The notes: generated by a model not told the origin, from the letters alone. A DNA stretch of 64,000 bases from Candidatus Omnitrophota bacterium (GCA_029261065.1 JAJDCB010000024.1:12129-76128), one strand, 5' to 3'. Shown: positions 32,103 to 41,640, counted from the stretch's first letter. A program made the numbers and translations.

Positions 32103-32875
32103 TTTTTAACATCCTCTTCATCTTTGCCAGCTAAAAACGCTGCTCGTCCTCCATAAGCTCCTCGTAGATTCTCCGGGGTAAGGACAGTTGTGACGGAACC
32201 TAAGGCAATACGTCTAATATTCAGTAACATGACCCAATCAAAATATTCTTTAAGGGTTTGTAAATCGTGATGGACACATATAACAGTTTTGTTATTTTGT
32301 TTAAGTTCTCGTAATAATTCGATAATGCTTTTCTCCGTTGTGGCATCTACACCAGCAAACGGTTCATCCATTAAATATATGGGGGCATCTTGCATAAAAG
32401 CGCGCGCTATAAAGACACGTTGTTGTTGACCGCCGGATAATTGACTTATTTGCCGATTAACGAAATCAGCCATGCCGACTTTCTCTAAACATTGAAAAGC
32501 TAATCTTTTTTCTTCTTTTCCAGGACGCTTAAACCAACCTAACTGACCGTAGCCCCCCATCATGACAACATCAAGAACGTTTGTTGGGAAATCCCAATCA
32601 ACGGTGCCTCGTTGAGGCACATAACCAATAAGCCGAGATTGAGGTTTATATTCTTTACCCATTACTAAAACTTGACCAGCAGCAGGTTTAATTAATCCTA
32701 AGATGGTTTTAATGAGTGTTGATTTCCCTGCACCATTTGGTCCAACGATGGCTAATAATTTTCCTTGAGGCGCCTGAAAATCAACATCCCAGAGAACCGG
32801 TTTCTCACGGTAGGCCACGGTTAAGTCATGAACATCAATGGCAGATAAAGTTTTTTGTTTTGTTTTAGCATTCAT
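32099..32875 (-). CDS. Metal ABC transporter ATP-binding protein (ZnuC/MntB/TroB family)
   Basis: 258 aa; Walker A GPNGAGKST, ABC signature LSGGQQQR, Walker B LMDEP. Confidence 0.9.
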   Translation of the reverse strand: MNAKTKQKTLSAIDVHDLTVAYREKPVLWDVDFQAPQGKLLAIVGPNGAGKSTLIKTILGLIKPAAGQVLVMGKEYKPQSRLIGYVPQRGTVDWDFPTNVLDVVMMGGYGQLGWFKRPGKEEKRLAFQCLEKVGMADFVNRQISQLSGGQQQRVFIARAFMQDAPIYLMDEPFAGVDATTEKSIIELLRELKQNNKTVICVHHDLQTLKEYFDWVMLLNIRRIALGSVTTVLTPENLRGAYGGRAAFLAGKDEEDVKK

Positions 32876-32895
32876 TTATTCATCTCCAATAACGC

Positions 32896-33810
32896 TTACT
32901 TTAAGGAGTCTACGATAGTATCAATATTATGCGTGACCATTCCTAAATAAGTACCTTCAACTGTTCCTCTATCACCTAAGGCATCAGAAAATAATTCGCC
33001 TCCAATTTTTACATCCCAATTGCGTGAACGAACAGCTTCAACAACGGCTTTGATGTTTCTTTCAGGTACAGAGCTTTCAACAAATAAGGCTTTTATTTTT
33101 CTTTTCGTAATAAAATCAGCCAACCTCATGACATCGGCTGCACCTGCTTGTGATTCTGTACTTATGCCTTGTAAGCCAACAACTTCAAATCCATATTTTC
33201 TACCAAAATAACGAAAAGCATCGTGAGCTGTGACTAAAACGCGCTGATTTTCTTCCAACTCCTGACTACGTTTGGAAATATAATCATGTGTTTTATCAAT
33301 CTCTTTTAAATAATCGTTTGCTCTTTTTTCATATTCATCCGAATGATCGGCATCATATTCTATAAGCGAATCACGTATTTTCTCCACACAAAGTTTCCAT
33401 AAATGAAGATCAAACCAAATATGAGGATCATAATGACCTTTATAATCCACACTATCTAGTAAAAAATTTACAGGAACCTTATCAGATACAGCAACGACCA
33501 TTAGCTTTCTATGCATTTTTTGAAAGATGACGCTCATTTTAGCTTCTAAATTTAACCCATTATAAAAAATGATTTGAGCATTTGCTAATTTTCTAACATC
33601 ACTTTCACTGGCCTTATATAAATGAGGATCAACACCTGGTCCCATCAAACCATGAACTAGCACATGATCCCCCCCAATAATTCTGACAATGTCCGTTATT
33701 TGACCGGTGGTTGAAACAATTTTTATCTTCTTTGGCTGTGCCTCTACACTCGCTAAGGGTAAGACCATAAAAAAGAAAAGTGATAGGCTTAATATTAATG
33801 TTTTTTTCAT
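32896..33810 (-). CDS. Metal ABC transporter periplasmic substrate-binding protein (TroA/ZnuA/MntC cluster-9 family)
   Basis: 304 aa; signal peptide and conserved His/Asp metal-ligand positions of the TroA-like fold. First gene of the A-B-C-D set. Confidence 0.85.
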   Translation of the reverse strand: MKKTLILSLSLFFFMVLPLASVEAQPKKIKIVSTTGQITDIVRIIGGDHVLVHGLMGPGVDPHLYKASESDVRKLANAQIIFYNGLNLEAKMSVIFQKMHRKLMVVAVSDKVPVNFLLDSVDYKGHYDPHIWFDLHLWKLCVEKIRDSLIEYDADHSDEYEKRANDYLKEIDKTHDYISKRSQELEENQRVLVTAHDAFRYFGRKYGFEVVGLQGISTESQAGAADVMRLADFITKRKIKALFVESSVPERNIKAVVEAVRSRNWDVKIGGELFSDALGDRGTVEGTYLGMVTHNIDTIVDSLK

Positions 33811-33834
33811 AAATAACCTCTAATTTAAATTAAG

Positions 33835-34287
33835 TTAGTTTTTACATTGTTTACAGATTCCGTAAAAATGCATTTCGTGTCCCAAAATCAGAAACCCTTT
33901 CTTTTTAAGAAGATCCTCATAAATTTTGTGTTCTCCTAAATCAGGAAATTCTAGGTTCTCATGACATCGGATACATCGGGCGTGATGATGGAGTTTTTCA
34001 TCATAAATGTGTTCGTAATGATGGTGTTTATCGCCAAAAGCTGTCTCTCGAATGATCCCTGCTTCAAGTAATTCTTTAAGGCAGCGATAAATGGTAGCGC
34101 GTGAGATATTACGTTTATTGTTTTTACATTGTTTAACAAGTTCCTCAGGGGCAAAATGACCGTGCGCATGCATCACTTCATCGAAGATGATTTTTCGACC
34201 ATCTGTATAACGCAAACGATTATTGAGAAGATATTTCTCAAATCGTTTTTCTTCTTTTTGAATTTTATTTTGTGTGCGCTTACTCAT
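33835..34287 (-). CDS. Fur-family transcriptional regulator (Fur/Zur-like)
   Basis: 150 aa; winged-helix N-domain, HHHxH-type metal site and two CxxC pairs (CIRCH...CKQCKN). Lies immediately upstream of the metal ABC operon with a 24-bp gap. Confidence 0.85.
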   Translation of the reverse strand: MSKRTQNKIQKEEKRFEKYLLNNRLRYTDGRKIIFDEVMHAHGHFAPEELVKQCKNNKRNISRATIYRCLKELLEAGIIRETAFGDKHHHYEHIYDEKLHHHARCIRCHENLEFPDLGEHKIYEDLLKKKGFLILGHEMHFYGICKQCKN

Positions 34288-34392
34288 ATGAGACAGTGTA
34301 TCATATATATAATAAAAAACAAGAGCTAATTTTTTCTTAGCCCTTGTTTTTTAATAAATTTACAATGTTCTAAATACTTGAAATAAAAGGAA

Positions 34393-34947
34393 TTATGAGG
34401 CATTCCACTTAATCGAACATCCCATAGATGGCATTTGTTTCCCCTCAACAGCAAGTCCAGCAGCATGATTATTTAAAGCTTCCTTAAGCTCCTCACGGGT
34501 GACTTTTGACTCGTCCTTCCAATTATCATCAATCCGGCCATGATAAACCAATTCTTTATCTTTATTGAAGAGATAAATGTCTGGCGTGCATTGGGCGCGA
34601 AAACTTTTTGCCACCTCTTGCGTTTCATCAACTAAATATGGAAAATCAATCCCATGTTCCTTGATTATAAGTTTCATGTTTTCTGGAGAGTCTTCAGGAA
34701 AATCTGGATGAATGTTAGGATTAATCGCAATTGAATTAATCCTCATGCCCTTGGCATATTGAGCCAAACGGACCAAACGCGACCAAACTGCAATGGCATA
34801 AGGACAATGATTACAGGTAAATGCGATCAATAGGCCTCTATCTCCGAATTGCTCAGATCCCTTTATTATTTGACCATCTGGATTTTTAAGTTCAAAGTCT
34901 GTCATCTTTGTTCCTAAAGGAACAAGAATAGATTCTAATAATGCCAT
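34393..34947 (-). CDS. Thioredoxin-fold thiol:disulfide oxidoreductase (AhpC/TSA-redoxin family, CxxC)
   Basis: 184 aa; CNHCPYA active-site motif in a redoxin fold; no signal peptide. Confidence 0.65.
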   Translation of the reverse strand: MALLESILVPLGTKMTDFELKNPDGQIIKGSEQFGDRGLLIAFTCNHCPYAIAVWSRLVRLAQYAKGMRINSIAINPNIHPDFPEDSPENMKLIIKEHGIDFPYLVDETQEVAKSFRAQCTPDIYLFNKDKELVYHGRIDDNWKDESKVTREELKEALNNHAAGLAVEGKQMPSMGCSIKWNAS

Positions 34948-35039
34948 TAGTTGCCTCCATGCTTAAATTATGATGAATTTGAAGATTAATTATAGATAAA
35001 CCTTAAGGACTGTCAAGAAGATTTAAGGGGACCTATCTC

Positions 35040-35615
35040 TTAGAAAGTAAATTTGAATTTAAAAGATTCTTTTGATTGCTCGAAGAATTTCCTAAAATTT
35101 TTAAATTGCGTATCTTCGGCTTGATATTGAATTTTGTAAAGTTTGTTATTATCTGTAATCATATAAAACTCAATATATAATCTTTTTTCCTTTAAGTTAT
35201 GAAAAAAGACCCATTTGGAGAGTTGTTTTGAAATTTTGATCTCACCATTATCAATAATTTTATAACCGTATTTTTTAATAGTACTAAGAATCTGAGGAAA
35301 ATCATCTTCTATCCAGGCTGCTGATGTTAGTTGATGAACGAGGACCGACATCTGAGCGATGGGTTTATCTGTTAATTCATTTATCTGTGGTGTTGATGCT
35401 TTTGCTTCTTGTGGTTTGGCACTACTATAAAACGGCTTTTTTGTAGAACCACCTTCATACGTTTCCACAACTTCCCAACCTTCAGGAAAAATTATAGTAT
35501 AACCATCACCTTTGTAAATGGGGGATTTAAACAGACAGCCTTGTGCTGTAAAAATCAAAATCGAGAATAAAAATATGGAAAGAAAAATGTGTTTACATTT
35601 ATTTATAAATCTCAT
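35040..35615 (-). CDS. Hypothetical lipoprotein
   Basis: 191 aa; signal peptide with lipobox-like ...TAQGC. No recognisable domain. Confidence 0.45.
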   Translation of the reverse strand: MRFINKCKHIFLSIFLFSILIFTAQGCLFKSPIYKGDGYTIIFPEGWEVVETYEGGSTKKPFYSSAKPQEAKASTPQINELTDKPIAQMSVLVHQLTSAAWIEDDFPQILSTIKKYGYKIIDNGEIKISKQLSKWVFFHNLKEKRLYIEFYMITDNNKLYKIQYQAEDTQFKNFRKFFEQSKESFKFKFTF

Positions 35616-35623
35616 ATCACTCC

Positions 35624-36769
35624 TTATTCTGTGTTAAGTCGTTGCCCTTTTTGATCATATTCTTTTGTTGCGACTAGTTTACCATTTTTATAAATCCATT
35701 CAACTCTAATATCTCCATTTTCATAAAACTCTTTTGTGGGGCCATCTTGAACGTCGTCTTTGTAATGATAAATGGCCTTACATTCCCCACTTTCTAAATA
35801 TTCCGTACTCGCCCCATTTAGCTTATCATTGCAATAATTCTTTTCATAATGCAGCTTTCCATCATCATAATATTCTTTGGTTAAACCATTTAATTCATTA
35901 TTTTTATACTGCCATTCCATTTTTAGAGTTCCATTTTCTAAAAATTCTTTAGATAGCCCATTTAATTGATCAGTATCATAGGTGCGTTGGTAGTGTAGTT
36001 GACTATTTAGAAAATATTCATTTGATAGTCCGCTAAGTTGGTTATTTTTGTAGTTCCAGCTAAACAAAAGATTATTAGATTGATCAAATTCGCGGGCCTC
36101 GCCTTCAAGGGTATCATTTTGATAGGGCCATTCGATAATTTTTTTCTCCTCTATTCTAAATTCTTTGGAGGATCCATTTAAAAATCCCTTTTCATAGTTC
36201 CATTGATATATTAAATTATTGTTATCATCATATTCTTCTGTAACGCCATGTTGTTCCATATTCAGATAATGTTTTTTAAAAATAACGGTTCCATTTTCTC
36301 TAAATTCTGTATGCATCCCATCTTTAAGCCTATCATTCTCAAAATGCCATTGATGAATAAGGTTTCCTTGTTTATCAAATTCTTGAGATAAGCCTTCAAG
36401 CTTTTCGTTTACATAATGACGTTCATAATGTAGCCCACCTTCTTCATAAAATTCTTTATGCACGCCATCTATGATCCTCCCTTTTTGAAAAGACCATTCC
36501 ATATGGAGATGTCCGCTTGGGTAGAAATCTTTGTGGGTGCCATCTGTAAGATTACCGTCTTTATAGAGCCTTTCTGAGCGTAGAGCTCCGTCTTCGTAAT
36601 ATGCTTTAAGAAGTCCTTCCATGTAATCATCTTTATATGGTTTTTCTTCTCTTATTTGGCCGCTTTTATAGAATTCCGTATAAACACCTTCTTTTTTACC
36701 ATAAAGTTCGTGCCACTGGGCTTTAAGCTCTCCAGAATCATAAAAAATCTTTTTTAAGGCGTGTTTCAT
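35624..36769 (-). CDS. MORN-repeat protein (YwqK-like)
   Basis: 381 aa composed almost entirely of ~23-aa repeats, e.g. G.HKEFYENG.L..E..Y.N.KLDG, repeated more than 12 times. No signal peptide. Confidence 0.8.
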   Translation of the reverse strand: MKHALKKIFYDSGELKAQWHELYGKKEGVYTEFYKSGQIREEKPYKDDYMEGLLKAYYEDGALRSERLYKDGNLTDGTHKDFYPSGHLHMEWSFQKGRIIDGVHKEFYEEGGLHYERHYVNEKLEGLSQEFDKQGNLIHQWHFENDRLKDGMHTEFRENGTVIFKKHYLNMEQHGVTEEYDDNNNLIYQWNYEKGFLNGSSKEFRIEEKKIIEWPYQNDTLEGEAREFDQSNNLLFSWNYKNNQLSGLSNEYFLNSQLHYQRTYDTDQLNGLSKEFLENGTLKMEWQYKNNELNGLTKEYYDDGKLHYEKNYCNDKLNGASTEYLESGECKAIYHYKDDVQDGPTKEFYENGDIRVEWIYKNGKLVATKEYDQKGQRLNTE

Positions 36770-36858
36770 ACAGCAAGTATAGCATTTTTGTGTTGCAGGT
36801 TAAAGTTGTAAATGTATAATATGAACGTTAATAATCATTAAATTAAGGAAAAATCACT

Positions 36859-37503
36859 ATGTCTATACCTGCCAATATGATCCTCCATCAAATGGAATTA
36901 GGTCCTTTACAGAACTTTCTCTACTTTATAGGGGATGCTGAGAGCCAAGAAATTGCGGTCATTGATCCAGCCTGGGATGTCGAATATCTGTGCGATCAAG
37001 CAGATAGTAAAGGATACAAGATAAAATATGTGTTTTTAACCCACGGTCACCCTGATCATGTCAATGGTTTGGATGATATGCTTAAGCGCTATGATGTTCC
37101 TGCCTACATCTCCAAACACGAAGCACCCTTTTATATGCCCAAACATAAAAATATTATAGAAGTTGAGAACGGAGAAATTTTAAAGGTAGGTAATATTGAA
37201 TTTGAATGCATCTTAATGCCTGGACATACCCCTGGTTGCCAGAGTTTTAAACATCAAGATGTGCTTATTACGGGAGATGCTATTTTTATTGATGGTTGTG
37301 GGCGTTGTGATTTACCAGGTGGGGATCCAGCCGTTATGTATGATACGCTTTATGATATCGTTATGAAACTTCCGGATTCAACTCTTCTCTATCCCGGCCA
37401 CAACTACGGTCCAACTCCTTTTGATACCTTAGGGCATCAAAAAATAACCAATCATTATTTGTTATGCAGCAGTAAGGAAGAATTTCTGGAAACGAGGATG
37501 TGA
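36859..37503 (+). CDS. MBL-fold metallo-hydrolase (glyoxalase II-like)
   Basis: 214 aa; THGHPDHVNG metal-binding motif plus downstream His/Asp ligands. Confidence 0.85.
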   Translation: MSIPANMILHQMELGPLQNFLYFIGDAESQEIAVIDPAWDVEYLCDQADSKGYKIKYVFLTHGHPDHVNGLDDMLKRYDVPAYISKHEAPFYMPKHKNIIEVENGEILKVGNIEFECILMPGHTPGCQSFKHQDVLITGDAIFIDGCGRCDLPGGDPAVMYDTLYDIVMKLPDSTLLYPGHNYGPTPFDTLGHQKITNHYLLCSSKEEFLETRM

Positions 37504-37571
37504 TTTTGGAAGGTGGGTTTTAATAGTGCTAGCGTGTTAAAAGTTATCTACAACTTTATCACTATTTTATT

Positions 37572-39239
37572 CTATTTCTTTTTATGATGTACTTTCCATT
37601 TCATTTTCCCAAGCACACTTTGAGCAATATTCGTTAGTCGATCACCAATTTTTTCTAAATTATCAATATATTCCAGAAAAACAAAACCAGCTTCCAAGTG
37701 AGAGTTTCCTTTATTAAGCCGTAGAATATGAGCTTCTTTGATTTTTTCTTGCAAGCCATTAATCGTCTCTTCTCGTTCCAACATCTTTTTAGCCGTAGCC
37801 GTATCATTGTTTCTCAAGGCATAATCAGCTTCCTCAAACATAGTGCTTATTTCCTGCCACATCAGTTTAATTTCCGAAACGGCTTGTTCGGAGATGACTA
37901 ATTTTTCACTTATTTTTCTTCTTGCTGCCTCAGCCAAATTCTGAGCATGGTCACCAATACGCTCAATATCATTGACATTATGTATTAAAACGGGTAACTC
38001 TTCCGATTCTTCTTTTAAAAGGTTCCTTTGCGATAAATCAACGATATATTGCGTAATGGAGGATTGAAGATTATCTGTGATATTTTCCAACTCAATAACA
38101 TCCGCAATTTTTTTAGAATCATCGTATAAAAAAGAATCAATGCCTTTTGTGACGGCTTTTCTAGCAATTTTTAACATATAAATATTTTCTTTATGAATTT
38201 GTTCTAAAGCCAGCGTTGGGGTATCAAGGAGATGTGTTTCTAAATATTGCGTTCCATAATCGAGTCCCTCTTCTTTTTGAGGAACCAGCCAAATACAGGC
38301 TTTTTCAAGAATGCCTATAAAAGGTAAAAAGAATAACGTGTTTAAGACATTAAAGGTGCTGTGGGAGACCGCAATGTAGAACATAATATTTTCTGTCGTA
38401 ATATTTCCTGGAATAATAAAATCAATAAAATGGATGAACCATCCTGTGTATACGAAAATAAGCATGTAGCCCACACCTAAGGTATTAAAGAGAAAATGGG
38501 ACATCGCAGCCCTTCTAGCGTTTAGATTGGTACCCAAAGAGGCCATCCAAGCAGTCACCGTGGTTCCGATGTTATCTCCTAAAATGATGGGTATGGCCGC
38601 ATCAAAGCTGATTACGCCGTTAAAGGCAAGAACTTGGACAATGGCAATTGTTGCAGAGGAACTTTGAAGTAAGACGGTAAAAACAACTCCAGCAAGAACG
38701 CCTAACATAGGATGTTCGCTAAAACTAGTAAAGACATCTTTAACGTATTGACTTTCTTTAAGGGGACTAAAAGCATCTTTTAAATAATGTAAACCAATAA
38801 AGAGAATACCAAAACCAAATAAAACTTGTCCCCAGGATTGAACTTTTTTTGTTTTTGCAAAAGACATAATGGCAAAACCTATGCCAATGGCTGGAAGGGC
38901 GTATTGCGAAATTTTAAATACAGACATTGAGGAAACAAGCCACGCGGTAAAGGTTGTCCCAATATTCGCGCCCATAATAACAGGTATAGCTTGTTTGAGA
39001 ACAAGTAATCCTGCATTAACAAAACCAACAACCATGACGGTTGTCGCTGATGACGATTGTATGAGAACTGTGACTAAGGCACCGACCATAACGCCAAAAA
39101 CACGATGTTTTGTCACATGATGTAGGAAACTTTTAAGTTTGTTACCAGCTATCTTTTTTAAGCCTTCGGACATCGTCTTCATGCCAAAGAAAAAGAAACC
39201 TAAGCCGCCTAGTAATCCAAAAATTAAATCTGGTATCAT
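37572..39239 (-). CDS. Na+/phosphate cotransporter family protein (NptA-like) with C-terminal PhoU-like domains
   Basis: 555 aa; duplicated Na/Pi-cotransporter membrane repeats (QSSSAT x2) and a helical PhoU-like C-terminal region. Confidence 0.85.
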   Translation of the reverse strand: MIPDLIFGLLGGLGFFFFGMKTMSEGLKKIAGNKLKSFLHHVTKHRVFGVMVGALVTVLIQSSSATTVMVVGFVNAGLLVLKQAIPVIMGANIGTTFTAWLVSSMSVFKISQYALPAIGIGFAIMSFAKTKKVQSWGQVLFGFGILFIGLHYLKDAFSPLKESQYVKDVFTSFSEHPMLGVLAGVVFTVLLQSSSATIAIVQVLAFNGVISFDAAIPIILGDNIGTTVTAWMASLGTNLNARRAAMSHFLFNTLGVGYMLIFVYTGWFIHFIDFIIPGNITTENIMFYIAVSHSTFNVLNTLFFLPFIGILEKACIWLVPQKEEGLDYGTQYLETHLLDTPTLALEQIHKENIYMLKIARKAVTKGIDSFLYDDSKKIADVIELENITDNLQSSITQYIVDLSQRNLLKEESEELPVLIHNVNDIERIGDHAQNLAEAARRKISEKLVISEQAVSEIKLMWQEISTMFEEADYALRNNDTATAKKMLEREETINGLQEKIKEAHILRLNKGNSHLEAGFVFLEYIDNLEKIGDRLTNIAQSVLGKMKWKVHHKKK

Positions 39240-39348
39240 ATTTTAAAAAACCTTTTGCCAAGCTGATTGACGCAAGTACGCTGTTAGGAGTCTTATGCTA
39301 TATTTTTGATGAAATTCTGTCAATCATAAAACAATATTTCTAATGCCT

Positions 39349-39444
39349 ACTGAACTTCGCAAAAGTAATAGGACGGTCTCGGGCTTTGATTCTCCGTCTG
39401 AGGAGTCGATTAGGGAAGGCACTATTACTTTTGCGAAGTTCAGT
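39349..39444. repeat. 96-bp palindromic element: perfect 22-bp terminal inverted repeats (ACTGAACTTCGCAAAAGTAATA / TATTACTTTTGCGAAGTTCAGT) flanking a 52-bp GC-richer core; the right arm overlaps the stop codon of the SDR gene
   Basis: Arms at 39349-39370 and 39423-39444 are exact reverse complements (checked base by base). The stop codon of the 39440..40309 CDS lies inside the right arm. Confidence 0.6.
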
Positions 39445-40309
39445 AATTATTTAATCCTTTGAAAGTTACGGTTTTGATGATCCAACTATATAAAGAAAAT
39501 GGTAATATTTTTCTCATTATAGCCATAATACGGGTTTCTATATCCGGAATATTACGAAATTTAGATTTATTCGCTACAATTAAATTTGATACAAGTTCGG
39601 CCACATCTTCAGGATTTTTTTTGGATGATTCAACATAATCAGAGACTTTATTTTTCAAATGTTGAGACATTGGAAAATAAGGGCTCTCAGGGTTATCAAA
39701 ATTTTTGGCATATTTGCGATTCTCATAGAATATTTTTGTTTTATAGGTGCCTGGTTGCACAAGAAGGACATCGATGCCAAAGAGTTGTAATTCATATCTA
39801 AGAGATTCGCTAAAGGCCTCAAGGGCAAATTTGCTACAATTATAGGCGCTAAAAAAAGGAGATGCTGAGAAGCCAGCGACGCTTGAAATATTGATAATCT
39901 TTCCCTGACGACGCTGCCGCATTAAGGGAATAGCTTCGCGTGTCACATTAAGCACACCAAAAAAGTTTGTCTCCATCTGACTTCTGATGTCTTCATCCGT
40001 TAAATCTTCAAAAGCGCCCCCTATTCCATAACCCGCGTTATTGATCAAAATGTCTAAGTGACCATGTTTGGATGCAATGTGATGCATGGCCTTCTTTATT
40101 GTTTCATTAACAGTGACATCTAACTCTAAAATTTCAGCTGTCGTGTCTCGTATTTTTAATTCACTTAATAATTCACTTTGTTTATCAAGATTGCGCATAG
40201 TGGCATAGACATGATGTCCCTGAGTGGCCAGTCTTACCGCACAAAGCATTCCAAAACCACTGGAACAACCTGTAATGAGAATTATTTTTTTGTTTGGTGA
40301 TTCTGACAT
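39440..40309 (-). CDS. Short-chain dehydrogenase/reductase (classical SDR)
   Basis: 289 aa; ITGCSSGFG cofactor motif, NNAG, and catalytic YxxxK (YNCSK). Confidence 0.85.
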   Translation of the reverse strand: MSESPNKKIILITGCSSGFGMLCAVRLATQGHHVYATMRNLDKQSELLSELKIRDTTAEILELDVTVNETIKKAMHHIASKHGHLDILINNAGYGIGGAFEDLTDEDIRSQMETNFFGVLNVTREAIPLMRQRRQGKIINISSVAGFSASPFFSAYNCSKFALEAFSESLRYELQLFGIDVLLVQPGTYKTKIFYENRKYAKNFDNPESPYFPMSQHLKNKVSDYVESSKKNPEDVAELVSNLIVANKSKFRNIPDIETRIMAIMRKILPFSLYSWIIKTVTFKGLNNY

Positions 40310-40326
40310 GAAGTGAGTTTAAAACT

Positions 40327-41397
40327 TTAAGAAGTTGAAATTGTTTTTTGAAGCAAAAGACAATCAACTAATGTTAAGGCGATCATCGCCTCGACAACGG
40401 GTACAACACGTGGACAGATACAGGGATCATGTCGCCCTTTTACTTCAATAGTCGCATCTTCTCCTGAAGCATTAACTGTTTGTTGAGCTGAGGCTATTGA
40501 AGATGGTGGTTTAACAGCAACACGTAGTAAAATATCTTCACCTGTGGATATGCCACCTAATGTCCCTCCGGCATTATTTGTACGCGTGCGGATACGATCA
40601 CCATCTAAATAAAATTTGTCATTATGTTTTGATCCAAGCATTTCGGTGGCATCAAATCCTAGGCCGAATTCTATGCCACGAATCGTTCCAATAGACATCA
40701 GTCCATAGGCTAATTTGGCATTGAGTTTGCCAAAAACAGGATCGCCCAATCCTACAGGTGTTCCATGCACACGTGCTTCAACGACACCCCCAATAGAATC
40801 AAGGTTTTTGCGGGCTTCATCAATTTTTTTTACCATACGTTTGGCAGCCGCTAAATCAGGAGCTCGAACAATGTTTTTTTCAATGACGGAATGATCAATC
40901 TTTTTAGCCTCAACGGATCCGACAGATAGCGTGTAGGCAATGATTTTAATGTTTTGCAAATCTAATATTTTTTTAGCCACGGCACCAGCCGCCACGCGAC
41001 ACGCTGTTTCACGTCCAGAAGATCGGCCTCCTCCTCTATAATCACGAATGCCGTATTTTTTTTGAAATGTATAATCGGCATGTCCAGGACGAAATATATC
41101 TTTAATATTAGAATAATCTTTGGAACGATGATCTTCGTTACGAATTAACATCGCAAGCGATGTTCCTGTTGTCTGTCCTTCAAAAACACCGGACAAGATT
41201 TCAACAGTATCGCTTTCTTTACGTTGGGTTGTGATTTTGCTTTGACCTGGACGTCTACGATCAAGATCGAATTGAATGTCTTTTTCAGAGAGAGGAATTT
41301 GGGGTGGCACGCCATCAACGATAACACCAATGGCTGGCCCATGGCTTTCGCCAAAGGTTGTTACTTTAAAAATGTCGCCGTATGAGTTTCCTGCCAT
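40327..41397 (-). CDS. aroC: Chorismate synthase
   Basis: 356 aa; conserved AroC N-terminus (FGESHGPAIGVIVDGVP), RRRPGQS and GGRSSGRETA motifs. Confidence 0.9.
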   Translation of the reverse strand: MAGNSYGDIFKVTTFGESHGPAIGVIVDGVPPQIPLSEKDIQFDLDRRRPGQSKITTQRKESDTVEILSGVFEGQTTGTSLAMLIRNEDHRSKDYSNIKDIFRPGHADYTFQKKYGIRDYRGGGRSSGRETACRVAAGAVAKKILDLQNIKIIAYTLSVGSVEAKKIDHSVIEKNIVRAPDLAAAKRMVKKIDEARKNLDSIGGVVEARVHGTPVGLGDPVFGKLNAKLAYGLMSIGTIRGIEFGLGFDATEMLGSKHNDKFYLDGDRIRTRTNNAGGTLGGISTGEDILLRVAVKPPSSIASAQQTVNASGEDATIEVKGRHDPCICPRVVPVVEAMIALTLVDCLLLQKTISTS

Positions 41398-41433
41398 TTT
41401 TAACCTTTATTAAAATAATCAAGTTACAAGTTA

Positions 41434-41525
41434 TCGGCCTTCGGCCGACCTTGAGCGTCTGGACGACGCCAAGGCAAGTTATACCAGCCTTTGGCCGGTA
41501 CCCGCGTATATGGGTTGCGGGCAAA
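41434..41525 (-). other. GC-rich multi-hairpin intergenic element between the ilvD stop and the aroC start; candidate structured leader or small RNA, or a composite terminator
   Basis: At least three stem-loops are seen: CGGCC-TTC-GGCCG; CCTTGGCGTC-(loop)-GACGC(T)CAAGG; CCCGC-(11 nt)-GCGGG. This island is strongly GC-rich relative to its AT-rich flanks. Not a tRNA (no T-arm or acceptor pattern). Confidence 0.35.
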
Positions 41526-41640
41526 AAATAATCAATAACCAAATACATTAATAAACAAACGTTTGATTATTTTGTTTTTGGTATTTGTTTCTTTTTTGTC
41601 TCTTGTATCTTGTTATCTTGGATGTTTAATACGCTTTTTA

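Noticed and set aside
34288-34304. Canonical Fur box (GATAATGATAATCATTATC) upstream of the fur-family gene
   Set aside because: Only a partial palindrome ATGAgACAgTGTaTCAT is present. It does not match the Fur consensus well and is kept only as a low-confidence note inside a finding.
41434-41525. tRNA or T-box in the GC-rich island between ilvD and aroC
   Set aside because: No acceptor-stem/T-arm (GTTCRA) pattern, and no T-box AGGGUGGNACCGCG motif. Reported instead as an unclassified structured element.
41366-41548. 60-aa ORF overlapping the GC-rich intergenic hairpins
   Set aside because: Coding potential is an artefact of the GC-rich palindromes. No RBS; overlaps the predicted RNA structure.
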